Of a stretch of 64,000 bases of DNA, positions 42,363 to 51,945 are shown in pieces. Position 1 is the first letter of the stretch, and each line of letters begins with the position of its first letter. The DNA lies in the NCBI GenBank assembly GCA_039815185.1, contig JBCBZT010000025.1:1-64000 (forward strand), written 5' to 3'. The DNA is from Cyanobacteria bacterium P01_A01_bin.123. Its GTDB lineage: Bacteria; Cyanobacteriota; Cyanobacteriia; Phormidesmidales; Phormidesmidaceae. The position numbers and the translations under genes were made by a program. Under the pieces are notes generated by a model that ran no database searches, was not told where the DNA came from, and saw nothing but the letters and a program-made list of their open reading frames with translations.

Positions 42363-42670
42363 AGAAAACAATCTCCTACTTTGAACACGCAAATGAAAAC
42401 GTCTTAACGCTGGTTCAACGAGCAGTCTTGGTGATTGCGATGTCTTAAACAGGCTGTGCAACTCATAGTTTCTTGGCCTTGAGAGGGGAGAGCAACCGCC
42501 AAACAAAGCGAAACCCGTTGAGTTGGAACATCACGTCTCAACAGCACTCAAACCTTGATAAGGGATGTCTGTAAACAGCAACCCACAAGTTTTGCAAGAG
42601 TAAAGCCCTGGCAGTTGAACCGTCAGGGCTCAGGCCTTTCGAACCAGTGACCTGATTTAATCAATTGGGT

Positions 42671-42688
42671 TGTGCAGATGCTGTGCAC
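42671..42688 (-). promoter_or_regulatory. L-box (RcaC site) upstream of cpcB
   Basis: GTGCACA-GCAT-CTGCACA versus consensus TTGCACA-N4-TTGCACA. Confidence 0.7.
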
Positions 42689-42768
42689 AATTTTGTATCT
42701 GCACCTTTACAATCGCTCAATCCTTTGTAGATAGGCTTTTTAGAACCTTGAAAGCGTGGTTTGTTATC

Positions 42769-43566
42769 TTAAGAAACTTTATGCTTCGTTACACCCATCT
42801 CATTTGCGGCGTCTCTGACATAGTCAAACAACATGGTTTGTAAGTACCGTTCTGCCCACTCTGTCCCAAATGCCTGTTCCAAAATCCGTCGGGTTTTATC
42901 ATTTTGCTGTTGTTGTAAACAATATCGACGCTGCCCTGCCAAAATCGATGCCTGACCTTCCTTTGAGTCGATAGAAACTGCACGACTGGCGAGTTGACAA
43001 TGGATGGATAAATATTCAGTGGCTTGCGTCAAAAATGTAATGCCTTCTGACTCACTGGTAGGACGGACAAATAAACAAAACTCTGAAAAAATATCGCCCC
43101 AGGCTGGCAAGGTGCGGGGTTGGGCAAACTGTGCCGTAGGCAGCTTACTTAAGTGTTCACGATAGGGGGCAGGCAGCATGCGATTAGGAGATACCGGAGA
43201 TAGATCAACAATGGCGGCGCTAATTTGGCCACGACCGGCCACAATATCAACCCCAAAGATCGGCAGCGGAAAATCGGGATTGGGAAACATCACACAGTGA
43301 AGAATATCCAGATTGCTGCCGACTTTAGCCAGCTCTAGATGGAGTTTGCGAAACTGAGTTGTTTGATAACAACAGTTTTCGATAGTGAGTCGCTCACCTT
43401 CAAGGGTGCCTTCTACATAACCTAGATCTTCAGGTGTCTCGTAGGGATGTAGCACGAGTTGGCTGCGCCAGGTCGTTTCAATGGTGTTGGCCAATTGGCA
43501 AATTAAAGGATGTTGCTGGTGACGTAGAGAATTTTGATGCAGTGGGCTGTGACGAACTTGAACCAT
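42769..43566 (-). CDS. pcyA: phycocyanobilin:ferredoxin oxidoreductase
   Basis: FRKLHLELAKVG.NLDILHCVMFP, FGVDIV, QQQNDKTRRILE.AFG. Confidence 0.94.
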   Translation of the reverse strand: MVQVRHSPLHQNSLRHQQHPLICQLANTIETTWRSQLVLHPYETPEDLGYVEGTLEGERLTIENCCYQTTQFRKLHLELAKVGSNLDILHCVMFPNPDFPLPIFGVDIVAGRGQISAAIVDLSPVSPNRMLPAPYREHLSKLPTAQFAQPRTLPAWGDIFSEFCLFVRPTSESEGITFLTQATEYLSIHCQLASRAVSIDSKEGQASILAGQRRYCLQQQQNDKTRRILEQAFGTEWAERYLQTMLFDYVRDAANEMGVTKHKVS

Positions 43567-43614
43567 AACCTTTTAAGGTCCTCGGATATTTTAATCCTCA
43601 CCTTGCCGTACCCC

Positions 43615-43657
43615 TGTGCAAACTGTGTGCAGCGATCGCTGTGCAGGTTATGTGCAG
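43615..43657 (-). promoter_or_regulatory. two tandem L-boxes upstream of pcyA
   Basis: CTGCACA-TAAC-CTGCACA (43640-57) and CTGCACA-CAGT-TTGCACA (43615-32); TAAAAT -10 candidate at 43588-93. Confidence 0.8.
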
Positions 43658-43759
43658 CCAGGAGAGGGGGCTGACATTAGCCATATCTGAGTTGGAAACT
43701 TGATTAGGAGCGTCAGGCTTATGTCTCTATAGAGAGACTGTGGCTAGATGTCCAGGAGT

Positions 43760-45679
43760 TTAGCTTGCCATCTCTGTGGCTTTTTGCCACCGCTGCCAAG
43801 CTTGATATCGCTTTAAGCGATTGACTAGTCGGAGGGCTAGATCCTTTCCTTGGACTGGCTTGGTGATGTAATCATCAGCTCCTAGAGTAAACGCTTGATC
43901 TTGCTTTGCAGGATGGTTGTGGATGCTTAAGAAAATAATGGGTAAATGTTGCCACTGGGGGTTGCTGCGTAACACCTGACACAGCTCAAAGCCGTTAATT
44001 CGTGGCATTTCAATGTCAAGTATTAACAAGTCAGGCATCACCTGGGTAAAGAGTGTCCAAAACCTTTGCGGATCAGCAAGGGGAGTAATCTGAAAATTCC
44101 AGGGTTGTAAAAGGTGAATCACCTGTTTGAGGTAGTGGGTATCGTCATCAACGATCATAATTTTGCTGTGACGGTAATTGTTGTGAGTGGCGTGGTTAAT
44201 CACGTCTAAGACCTCCACGGGAACCACCGGATACTCAAGGACGATGGCCCCGCCTCGGCGAATCAAGTCTAAACGGTTGCCAAAGTCTGCTTGGGGAGTG
44301 ACCACCAATACGGGTAATTGGGGCCAACGCTCGGTCAGCTTGGTAATCAAACCCAACAGCATTTGCAAAATAGGCTCATCCAAGACCGGGTCAGCTTCGC
44401 CCGCGACAAGATTGATCAACACCAAGTCAGGCAGATGGGCGATTGGCTCAGTGGATCGAGCAGGAGATGAATCTAGGGCCAGCGCTTGGAATGCGATTTC
44501 AATCGAAGCTGCAGTAGAGGTTTCAAATCCTTGTGCTACGGCTAGGGCGATGAGCTGTTGGATATAGGGCACATTATTCACATCTACGATCAGGAGGGTC
44601 GATGGCTCAGCAGTATCTTCTCCTGCGGGGACGAGCTGTGGTGGATCATCCAGGGCGTGACCTAATGTGGTAACTAGGGTGTGAAATTGAGAGATTTGGG
44701 CCTCAGAAAAGGCTGACTCGGGTTGGAGGAGCTGTTCTATCTGGAGGGCCAAACGATAGCCTTCCATTAAGCCAAAGGTGCCTAAAGTTCCGGCTAGGCT
44801 GTGGGTCATTTGCTGGGCTTGGAGGCGTTGTTGTTCGCTGAGTTGCTGTTTCTTGAGCGTTTGAGCAATATGCATTAAGCAATTCCAGCGCTCTAGGCTT
44901 TCACCTTTATGGGCGCGCCAGGCTTGGGTCAGGCCTTCTAAATAGCGAGTTTGGCGATCGCGTTCGATTAGCTCAGCCGAGTCGCGATCGCGACAAGAGG
45001 CTAATGCCTGAGTCTTAAGACGATATCCCAACCCATGGACGGTTTCGATTAAATCAGTGGCGGCTCCTACGGCCTTGAGTTTACGCCGTAAGCCCCGAAT
45101 ATGGGAGCGAACCGTGGCGCCACTGGGAAATTCTTCTGAAGACCAAACCCGATCAAGCAGCGTATCGACACTAAAAACCTGATGACTGTGGTGTAAAAAC
45201 AATTCGAGTAAGGCATACTCCTTCGCAGTGAGTGAAACGGGTTGCCCACGATACGTCACCTCACAGCTGACTGGATCGAGACATAATTCCCCCCAGCTCA
45301 AAATTAGGGCAGATTCAGTTAGCGTCCGTCGCAGCAGCACTCGAATCCGGGCCAGCAGCTCTGTGATGTCAAACGGTTTGACCACGTAATCATCCGCGCC
45401 TGCTTCTAGGCCTTTAATTTTGTCGATTTGTGCGTCTTTGGCCGTGAGCAATAAAATCGGCACGCCATAACCTTCATGTCGCAAGCGTTGACAGAGGTTG
45501 ATGCCTTCTAGCTGAGGCAACATCCAATCTAAGATAATCAGGTCATAGTCAAAGGTAGAGCTATAGGCCCAACCCGTTTCGCCATCGGCCACCCGATCAA
45601 CCACGTAATTTTGAGCCGTTAACTGCTGGGTTAGCAGCGTAACTAAAGCTTCATCATCCTCAACCAATAAAACTCTCAT
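43760..45679 (-). CDS. rcaC: multidomain response regulator REC-wHTH-Hpt-REC'-REC (RcaC)
   Basis: LIILDWMLP, ETVHGLGYRL, Hpt HSLAGTLGTFG, degenerate REC, LLILDIEMP; gene context. Confidence 0.85.
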   Translation of the reverse strand: MRVLLVEDDEALVTLLTQQLTAQNYVVDRVADGETGWAYSSTFDYDLIILDWMLPQLEGINLCQRLRHEGYGVPILLLTAKDAQIDKIKGLEAGADDYVVKPFDITELLARIRVLLRRTLTESALILSWGELCLDPVSCEVTYRGQPVSLTAKEYALLELFLHHSHQVFSVDTLLDRVWSSEEFPSGATVRSHIRGLRRKLKAVGAATDLIETVHGLGYRLKTQALASCRDRDSAELIERDRQTRYLEGLTQAWRAHKGESLERWNCLMHIAQTLKKQQLSEQQRLQAQQMTHSLAGTLGTFGLMEGYRLALQIEQLLQPESAFSEAQISQFHTLVTTLGHALDDPPQLVPAGEDTAEPSTLLIVDVNNVPYIQQLIALAVAQGFETSTAASIEIAFQALALDSSPARSTEPIAHLPDLVLINLVAGEADPVLDEPILQMLLGLITKLTERWPQLPVLVVTPQADFGNRLDLIRRGGAIVLEYPVVPVEVLDVINHATHNNYRHSKIMIVDDDTHYLKQVIHLLQPWNFQITPLADPQRFWTLFTQVMPDLLILDIEMPRINGFELCQVLRSNPQWQHLPIIFLSIHNHPAKQDQAFTLGADDYITKPVQGKDLALRLVNRLKRYQAWQRWQKATEMAS

Positions 45680-45688
45680 TAACTCACC

Positions 45689-46069
45689 CTACGTTGACCA
45701 ATTCAGTAATTTGGCGATTTGGCTGGCTAGGGTGAGGGGATTAAAGGGTTTGGTAATCACCCCAGCCACGCCAATCTTCTGAAACAGCCGTTTTTCAGCA
45801 GTTCGTGTTTTAGCCGTTAGCAAAATAACTGGAATAGACTGGGTTTTGGCATTGTCATGGAGTGCCTCAAAAGTGGCAATGCCGTCAATTTCAGGCATCA
45901 TGACATCTAATAAAATGGCGTCTGGCTGGTGTATTTCAGCCTGACGAATGCCATCTCTGCCAGAAGATGCGGTGACAATGTCCCAGTTGGCTTCCATCTT
46001 TAAGCTGAGGCTAACCACTTTTTGAATCGACTCTTCATCATCAACAACCAGAATTTGTTTTGATTGCAT
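45689..46069 (-). CDS. rcaF: single-domain response regulator (RcaF)
   Basis: ILVVDDE, ILLDVMMP, ITKPF; 126 aa from ATG 46069; lies between rcaE and rcaC. Confidence 0.82.
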   Translation of the reverse strand: MQSKQILVVDDEESIQKVVSLSLKMEANWDIVTASSGRDGIRQAEIHQPDAILLDVMMPEIDGIATFEALHDNAKTQSIPVILLTAKTRTAEKRLFQKIGVAGVITKPFNPLTLASQIAKLLNWST

Positions 46070-46074
46070 GGTCT

Positions 46075-48300
46075 TTACGATGCCTTTGTGGTGGCAAGGG
46101 GTAAGGTGAAATAAAAACAACTGCCAATACCCATCTGGCTTTCTGCCCAAATTTGACCGCCGTGTTGTTCGACGATTTTGCGGCAGATGGTCAGCCCAAG
46201 CCCAGTGCCACCCTTTTTGCGCGAGTCAGAAGAATCCACCTGCTGAAATCGTTCAAAGACGCTGTTCAGCTTGTCTTGGGGGATGCCTTGACCGTGATCT
46301 TGGACGCAGAAGAGGGCCATTGCTGCGGGATCTTGGTGATGGCGCGGGGTGCTATCAGACTTTGGGGATGGCAGAACGGGTTCGGAATTAGGCCGGGCGA
46401 TGAGGTGAATGACATTACCGGGGGTCGAAAATTTGATCGCGTTACCAATCAAATTGGTCAAGGTTTGGACAATGTAATCTGGATCGGCCCAAATAGAGAA
46501 AGTAGATACGGGTTCTGATTGAATTTGAATCGTAATCTCGTGCTCTTGAGCAATCGACTGCATCGCCTCGGCTGCTTGGCCCATTAAGTCAGCGGCGTCA
46601 CAGGCGTGAGCATCCACGGTGACCTCACCGGACTCTATTCGCTGGAGATCGAGCACATTGTTGACTAGACGCACGAGTCGATCAGTGTTTTCATCAGCGA
46701 CTTCAAGCATCTGCTGCCCTGCTTCAGACAGTTGGCCCAAACGGCCTGTTGCCATCAGTTTTAGAGAGCCGTGAATCGAGGTGAGCGGAGTCCTTAATTC
46801 GTGACTAACAACAGCAATAAATTCATCTTTCATGCGTTCGATTGCTTTGCGATCGCTGATATCAGTCGTGAGGGCGAAGAATCCCTTGATCTTGAGTGAG
46901 CCTTTTGAACCCGCTTCAACATGGGGAATGTAAGTCACACTCACCGAACGACATCGCCCATCTTGAAAGGCCAGTTCGCTCTCATAGGTCACTGGATCTC
47001 CCACTAGGACAGTTTCAATGTAGGGCTTGATGTGTTGATAGTAGGCAGACCCCAGTACGGTTTTAATGGATGTGCCATAGATGTCCTTTGGGGTTTGCCC
47101 GAGCCAATGTTCATAGGCTTCGTTATTAAATCGATAGCGCTGATGACGATCGACATAGGCAATCAGCACTGGCAAATTGTTCGTGATCAGGCGTAATTGC
47201 TCCTCACTTTGACGCAGGGCCGCTTCTACTTGCTTACGTTCTTGAATCTCTTGTTGCAAGGTGAGGTTCGTTTGAGTCAACTCAGCTGTCCGTAGCTTGA
47301 CTCGCTCTTCGAGATATTCCAGCATTTGCCCTTGCGAAAGCGCGATGCTGATTTGATCGGCGAGTTGCTGCATCAGATCTAATTCAAACTCGCTCCATTG
47401 CCGAGGACTGCGACATTGGTGGGCGATCAGCAATCCCCAGAGATGCTTACGGATGGGGGCTTTGCCGATAGACATTTCTGGCTTGAGGGGATGTACGATG
47501 GGGACAATCAACTTAGATTGAATGCCCCATTGCTCAATAAACTCCACCAAGCAATCGGCTAGTCCTGAATCGGGGGCATGGACATCGGCGATCGCTTGCA
47601 CTCGTCCTTGGGCATAGAGGGTCTGGTATTCTTCGGGAAAAACTTCTTCGGGGAAGGAAATCCCTAAGATTGCTGGATAAGGAGGCACGACGGCTTCACT
47701 GATGGGTTGACCAGTGCCATCGGGCAAAACTTGATAAATCAACACCCGATCGGCTTTGAGGAGACGCTGCACCTCGTTAACCGTGGTTTGCAAGATCTCT
47801 TTAAGTTGTAAAGATTGGCGAATTTTGAGTGTGATTTCTGCAAAGAGTTGGGCTTTTTGATGCTGACGATGCATTTGGGCTTCAACACCCTGCTCGTGCA
47901 ATACCCGCAATAAACGGTCTTGGTCAATCAAGCCAACCAGATGGGCATGGTCATCCACGATGGGGAGGTGGCTAATCTGGTGATGATCAAAGAGCTCTAG
48001 CAGGGGAGCAACTGCCTTCAGCGCCAACGGTGACACAGTAATCACGGGACGGGTCACAACCTCAGCCAAGCGCATGTGAGACCATTTGGGGGTTTGGGCC
48101 ATCGCTTGAATGAGATTGCGTCGTGTGGCAATGCCAATCACCTTACGACGATGCAACGCTAAAAAGCAGTTTTTCTCTGGATGAGATGCCATCCGAGCTA
48201 AAACCTTTGGCAACCCAGTTTGGCTGGAGGCAGTTAGTGGATTGGGATCCACAATCGCGCTCCAGAAGGAAAGTTCGCACGCCCCTTGATTCAATGACAT
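46075..48300 (-). CDS. rcaE: green/red cyanobacteriochrome sensor kinase RcaE (CBS-GAF-PAS-HK)
   Basis: GAF with FPEEVFP...ADCLVEF chromophore Cys pattern of the RcaE type, PAS, VSHELRTPL H-box, GGTGLGL. Confidence 0.85.
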   Translation of the reverse strand: MSLNQGACELSFWSAIVDPNPLTASSQTGLPKVLARMASHPEKNCFLALHRRKVIGIATRRNLIQAMAQTPKWSHMRLAEVVTRPVITVSPLALKAVAPLLELFDHHQISHLPIVDDHAHLVGLIDQDRLLRVLHEQGVEAQMHRQHQKAQLFAEITLKIRQSLQLKEILQTTVNEVQRLLKADRVLIYQVLPDGTGQPISEAVVPPYPAILGISFPEEVFPEEYQTLYAQGRVQAIADVHAPDSGLADCLVEFIEQWGIQSKLIVPIVHPLKPEMSIGKAPIRKHLWGLLIAHQCRSPRQWSEFELDLMQQLADQISIALSQGQMLEYLEERVKLRTAELTQTNLTLQQEIQERKQVEAALRQSEEQLRLITNNLPVLIAYVDRHQRYRFNNEAYEHWLGQTPKDIYGTSIKTVLGSAYYQHIKPYIETVLVGDPVTYESELAFQDGRCRSVSVTYIPHVEAGSKGSLKIKGFFALTTDISDRKAIERMKDEFIAVVSHELRTPLTSIHGSLKLMATGRLGQLSEAGQQMLEVADENTDRLVRLVNNVLDLQRIESGEVTVDAHACDAADLMGQAAEAMQSIAQEHEITIQIQSEPVSTFSIWADPDYIVQTLTNLIGNAIKFSTPGNVIHLIARPNSEPVLPSPKSDSTPRHHQDPAAMALFCVQDHGQGIPQDKLNSVFERFQQVDSSDSRKKGGTGLGLTICRKIVEQHGGQIWAESQMGIGSCFYFTLPLATTKAS

Positions 48301-48669
48301 TCGTGATGGACTCCTGATTGGAATCGCTATCCCCTTAATTTATGAGGCCCTAGACAAAATCTTTGAGGAATTGTTTTTAATCTTTAAGTTTTAGGCCGCT
48401 AAAGGTAAAGAAATATAAATAAATATTTTACTTTCTTAAGCCATGAGGTTAGGTGCTTAAGAGAAATGGCTGCAAGTCTTTCGGTGGTCATTGCGCTGAT
48501 CTCTATGAGTCTGTCGAGTTTGCTTGACTAGGTGCAGAACATTGAGCCAATTTTCGGAATTGAGATTGTGGACGAGTATCTATGCGTAGAAAAATACTCC
48601 ACTCCATCAGTCCAATCTGGCGGCCTAGTCTGGCAGTCCAGTCAATCTAGCTTTGAGGGGACATTTGCG

Positions 48670-49002
48670 ATGAAGATTCAAGGACTTGAAGACATCACCA
48701 ATCATGAACTCTCCATGGAGATTCAGAATGGCGGCAAGTTCGTTATCTTTCAGTACTGCATTTCTGTGGTGCTTTTGACGTTTAAGCGATCTTCCGACAT
48801 TTATTTCATCCGCGCTGATGAAAGCCCTGGTAAACAGGCGCTACCGTTTACCTTGATCTCTATATTTCTAGGCTGGTGGGGTATCCCTTGGGGGCCGATT
48901 TACACGATTCAATCGCTGCATACCAACTTCACTGGCGGCAAAGATGTCACTCAACCTGTGTTGTCTGCCCTGGCTAATCCCAATCCTGGGGGGCAAAGCT
49001 AA
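48670..49002 (+). CDS. conserved hypothetical membrane protein
   Basis: GGKFVIFQYCIS...LGWWGIPWGPIYTI; ATG 48670 with GAGGGG RBS. Confidence 0.65.
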   Translation: MKIQGLEDITNHELSMEIQNGGKFVIFQYCISVVLLTFKRSSDIYFIRADESPGKQALPFTLISIFLGWWGIPWGPIYTIQSLHTNFTGGKDVTQPVLSALANPNPGGQS

Positions 49003-49096
49003 ACAGTTTTATATTACTTAATTACAGGATCTGATTTTTTCTAGCAGACAGCTTACACTCTTCTCGATATTGTTAGTCTTGATCGAGGAGAGTGCT

Positions 49097-49822
49097 ATGT
49101 TGGGGTTCTTGCTAGCCGTTTGTCTGGCCTTACTACACCTGTTTGTTGGAAAGTTGAGCGGCTTTAAGTATGTTTCCCATCGCCGCTGGATCTCTTTAGC
49201 AGGTGGCGTTTCCATTGCTTACATTTTTCTTGATGTTTTTCCAGAATTGGCCCACGCCCAAGAAGAGATAGAGCACTCAGAAATCTCGATCTTGGCCTAT
49301 CTAGAACAGCATGTGTATTTATTGGCGCTGCTGGGATTAGTGCTGTTTTATGGCTTAGATAAATTAGCGCTGCGATCGCGAACTCACAATCAAAAAATGA
49401 GCCAAGTAGATGCCACTGGTGTGGGCGTTTTCTGGGTTCATATTGCGGCCTTTGCCATCTATAACGCCATTTTGGGCTATCTGTTCCGAGAATCAGCAGA
49501 TCATGGACTTGTCGCTTGCCTGCTGTTATTTATCACGCTAGGGCTACATTTCTTAGTCAATGATCTAGGCATGAGAGAACACCATAAGCACAGCTACGAC
49601 CGATTGGGGCGGTGGATTCTCGCGGCTGCCATTATTGCGGGATGGGCTGTTGCGCAGGCGGTCATTTTCAACCCTGCTGCGATCGCCGTGATTTGGGCCA
49701 TCGTTGCAGGCGGCATTATTCTAAATGTTTTGAAAGAAGAATTGCCCGAACAACGTGAAAGTGATTTTATTACTTTCCTGACCGGGGCACTAGGGTATGG
49801 TGCGCTGCTGTTAATTGTTTAA
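49097..49822 (+). CDS. ZIP-like polytopic membrane protein
   Basis: SLAGGVSIAYIFLDVFPEL, LHFLVND, GGIILNVLKEELP; GAGGAG RBS before ATG 49097. Confidence 0.65.
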   Translation: MLGFLLAVCLALLHLFVGKLSGFKYVSHRRWISLAGGVSIAYIFLDVFPELAHAQEEIEHSEISILAYLEQHVYLLALLGLVLFYGLDKLALRSRTHNQKMSQVDATGVGVFWVHIAAFAIYNAILGYLFRESADHGLVACLLLFITLGLHFLVNDLGMREHHKHSYDRLGRWILAAAIIAGWAVAQAVIFNPAAIAVIWAIVAGGIILNVLKEELPEQRESDFITFLTGALGYGALLLIV

Positions 49823-49865
49823 GAAAAGGGGCCGTCCTGTTTATCTGCGAATGATTAAAAATTAA

Positions 49866-49900
49866 CTTTCCCTGACCGAATTTAAACGCTTTCCCTGACC
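49866..49900 (+). promoter_or_regulatory. 12-bp direct repeat upstream of the Rieske-fusion cluster
   Basis: CTTTCCCTGACC at 49866-77 and 49889-900 (23-bp period). Confidence 0.4.
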
Positions 49901-50044
49901 AACTTTACTTTCTGTTGTCGGGTGAACTCCACTTTAAAAGAAAACCTTAGGAGCTGTACTAAAACTGCAATGACCTGATAGATTCTCGGTTAATTAGGGA
50001 GATGAACCCGTCCATGAAATCAATGTTCAAAAGGCAGCAAATCT

Positions 50045-51658
50045 GTGAATAAAGTTAAAGCGGCGATGTGGGCAGACTTACGCGATCGCCAACCTGCTGG
50101 AGCCATCATTGAAGGCGTTGATTTGGTGATCATTCGTTGGGATGATCAGGTTTCCGTCCTCTATGGACGCTGTCAGCATCGAGGCGCATTGATGGCTGAT
50201 GGCCATGTTGAAGGCGAAAACCTAATTTGCGGTGTTCACCAGTGGGACTACCGGGTTGACACTGGCGTTAGCGCTTACAACAACAGCGAATTTTTGCCCA
50301 AATTCCAGGCCTGGGTAGAAGACGGTAGTGTCTATGTCGATGCCAATGAAATACTTGCCTGGAAGCAAACCCATCCCCAGCCCTACCAACGGGATGAGTA
50401 TCAAGGCGAATATGCCGATATCCACGGCACCGTCGAAGAGCCAGCGACGAAATACATCCATGCCCTGGCGAAAGATGGCCTCTCTAAAGTGGGGCATCAT
50501 GGCTCAGTGTCGGCCATGGGTGTGGCAGCGCCAGATCTGCCAAAGTGGGACGATTTGCAATTTATTACTGCCCAATTGGCCCGTTTGCCCCAGCTGGAAG
50601 ATGTGGAAGTCGGTACCGAACTTGTAATTGGACCAAAAGCGAATCAACCGTTGAAGCTTGATATTCCCATCTTTGTCTCGGATATGAGCTTTGGGGCGCT
50701 CTCAGAAGAAGCCAAAGTTGCCCTGGCAAAAGGGGCAGAACTGGCAGGGACGGGCATCTGCTCCGGCGAAGGCGGTATGTTGCCCGAAGAACAAGGCAAT
50801 AACAGTCGCTATTTTTACGAACTGGCTTCAGCCCGCTTCGGCTTTGCGCTTGAAAAACTGATGCAGGTGCAGGCGTTTCACTTCAAATGTGGCCAGGGGG
50901 CCAAAACGGGAACGGGGGGTCACCTGCCTGGTCACAAGGTGAAAGGCAAAATCGCTGAGGTTCGGGGTTTGAAGGAAGGCCAACCTGCTGTGTCTCCCCC
51001 CCGCTTCCCCGATTGGGAATCGATTGACGATTTTCGCAACTTTGCCGACACCGTTCGCGACACCACTGGGGGTATTCCCATTGGCGTAAAGTTATCGGCC
51101 CAGCATATCGAGCAAGATATCGACGCGGCCCTGCACATTGGGGTTGACTACATCATTTTGGATGGACGCGGCGGCGGCACCGGGGCAGCTCCGCTAATCT
51201 TCCGCGACAACATTTCAGTGCCGACCATCCCGGCTTTGGCACGGGCCAGACGCTACCTAGATCAGCGCGGTGCCAACCACGTCACCCTGATTGTCACGGG
51301 CGGGCTACGTACCCCAGCAGATTTTGCTAAAGCCTTGGCATTAGGGGCAGACGGCATTGCCGTGTCTAACGCAGCGATTCAGGCCATTGGCTGTCTTGGT
51401 ATGCGGGCCTGTCACACCAACAACTGCCCGGTCGGTATCGCAACGCAGCGGGAAGATCTGCGATCGCGCCTAATTATCGACGAAGCCGCCCAACGCCTCG
51501 ATCGCTTTTTCCGCGCCTCAGTCGAACTCATGGCCATCATGGCTCGCGCCTGTGGTCACACCCACCTGAGTCAGTTTTGCCCTGACGACCTCACCACCTG
51601 GAAACGGGATATGGCGTATTTGAGTGGGGTGAGTTATGGCGGGGTGATGCCTTTGTAG
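50045..51658 (+). CDS. Rieske domain fused to stand-alone FMN-binding glutamate-synthase-family domain
   Basis: CQHRG...CGVH; SDMSFGALS, KCGQGAKTGTGGHLPG, DGRGGGTGA, CLGMRACHTNNCPVG ([3Fe-4S]-type); no amidotransferase domain. Confidence 0.88.
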   Translation: MNKVKAAMWADLRDRQPAGAIIEGVDLVIIRWDDQVSVLYGRCQHRGALMADGHVEGENLICGVHQWDYRVDTGVSAYNNSEFLPKFQAWVEDGSVYVDANEILAWKQTHPQPYQRDEYQGEYADIHGTVEEPATKYIHALAKDGLSKVGHHGSVSAMGVAAPDLPKWDDLQFITAQLARLPQLEDVEVGTELVIGPKANQPLKLDIPIFVSDMSFGALSEEAKVALAKGAELAGTGICSGEGGMLPEEQGNNSRYFYELASARFGFALEKLMQVQAFHFKCGQGAKTGTGGHLPGHKVKGKIAEVRGLKEGQPAVSPPRFPDWESIDDFRNFADTVRDTTGGIPIGVKLSAQHIEQDIDAALHIGVDYIILDGRGGGTGAAPLIFRDNISVPTIPALARARRYLDQRGANHVTLIVTGGLRTPADFAKALALGADGIAVSNAAIQAIGCLGMRACHTNNCPVGIATQREDLRSRLIIDEAAQRLDRFFRASVELMAIMARACGHTHLSQFCPDDLTTWKRDMAYLSGVSYGGVMPL

Positions 51659-51925
51659 GGGAGAGGGAGTGGGGGAGTGGGGGAGTAAGGGAGTTGATGT
51701 GAGGAAGATGGGGCAGGTGGGGAGGAATTTACCAAAGGTTCTACCCGATCCCCCGATCACGCCAACCCTGAGGGACACCGCTGTCATATCTACACCCGAT
51801 CCTCCCATCCCCCCACCTTCCCCATCCCTCCACCATCCCTTCTACCCGATCCCCCCATCCCTCCACCAGCCCTTCTACCCGATCACCCCCCACCCTCCCC
51901 TGCTCCCCCTCCTCCCTTACCCAAA
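51659..51925. repeat. G-rich/C-rich low-complexity repeat tract (STRR-like)
   Basis: GGGGAGT-type units followed by a ~32-bp tandem CCATCCCTCCACCA(T/G)CCCTTCTACCCGATC; the ends are complementary (GTAAGGGAG/CTCCCTTAC). Confidence 0.6.
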
Positions 51926-51945
51926 TCACTAATGCGAGACTCACC

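Noticed and set aside
50045..51658. Call as true glutamate synthase gltB/glsF
   Set aside because: Only 537 aa; lacks the amidotransferase, central and GXGXG domains
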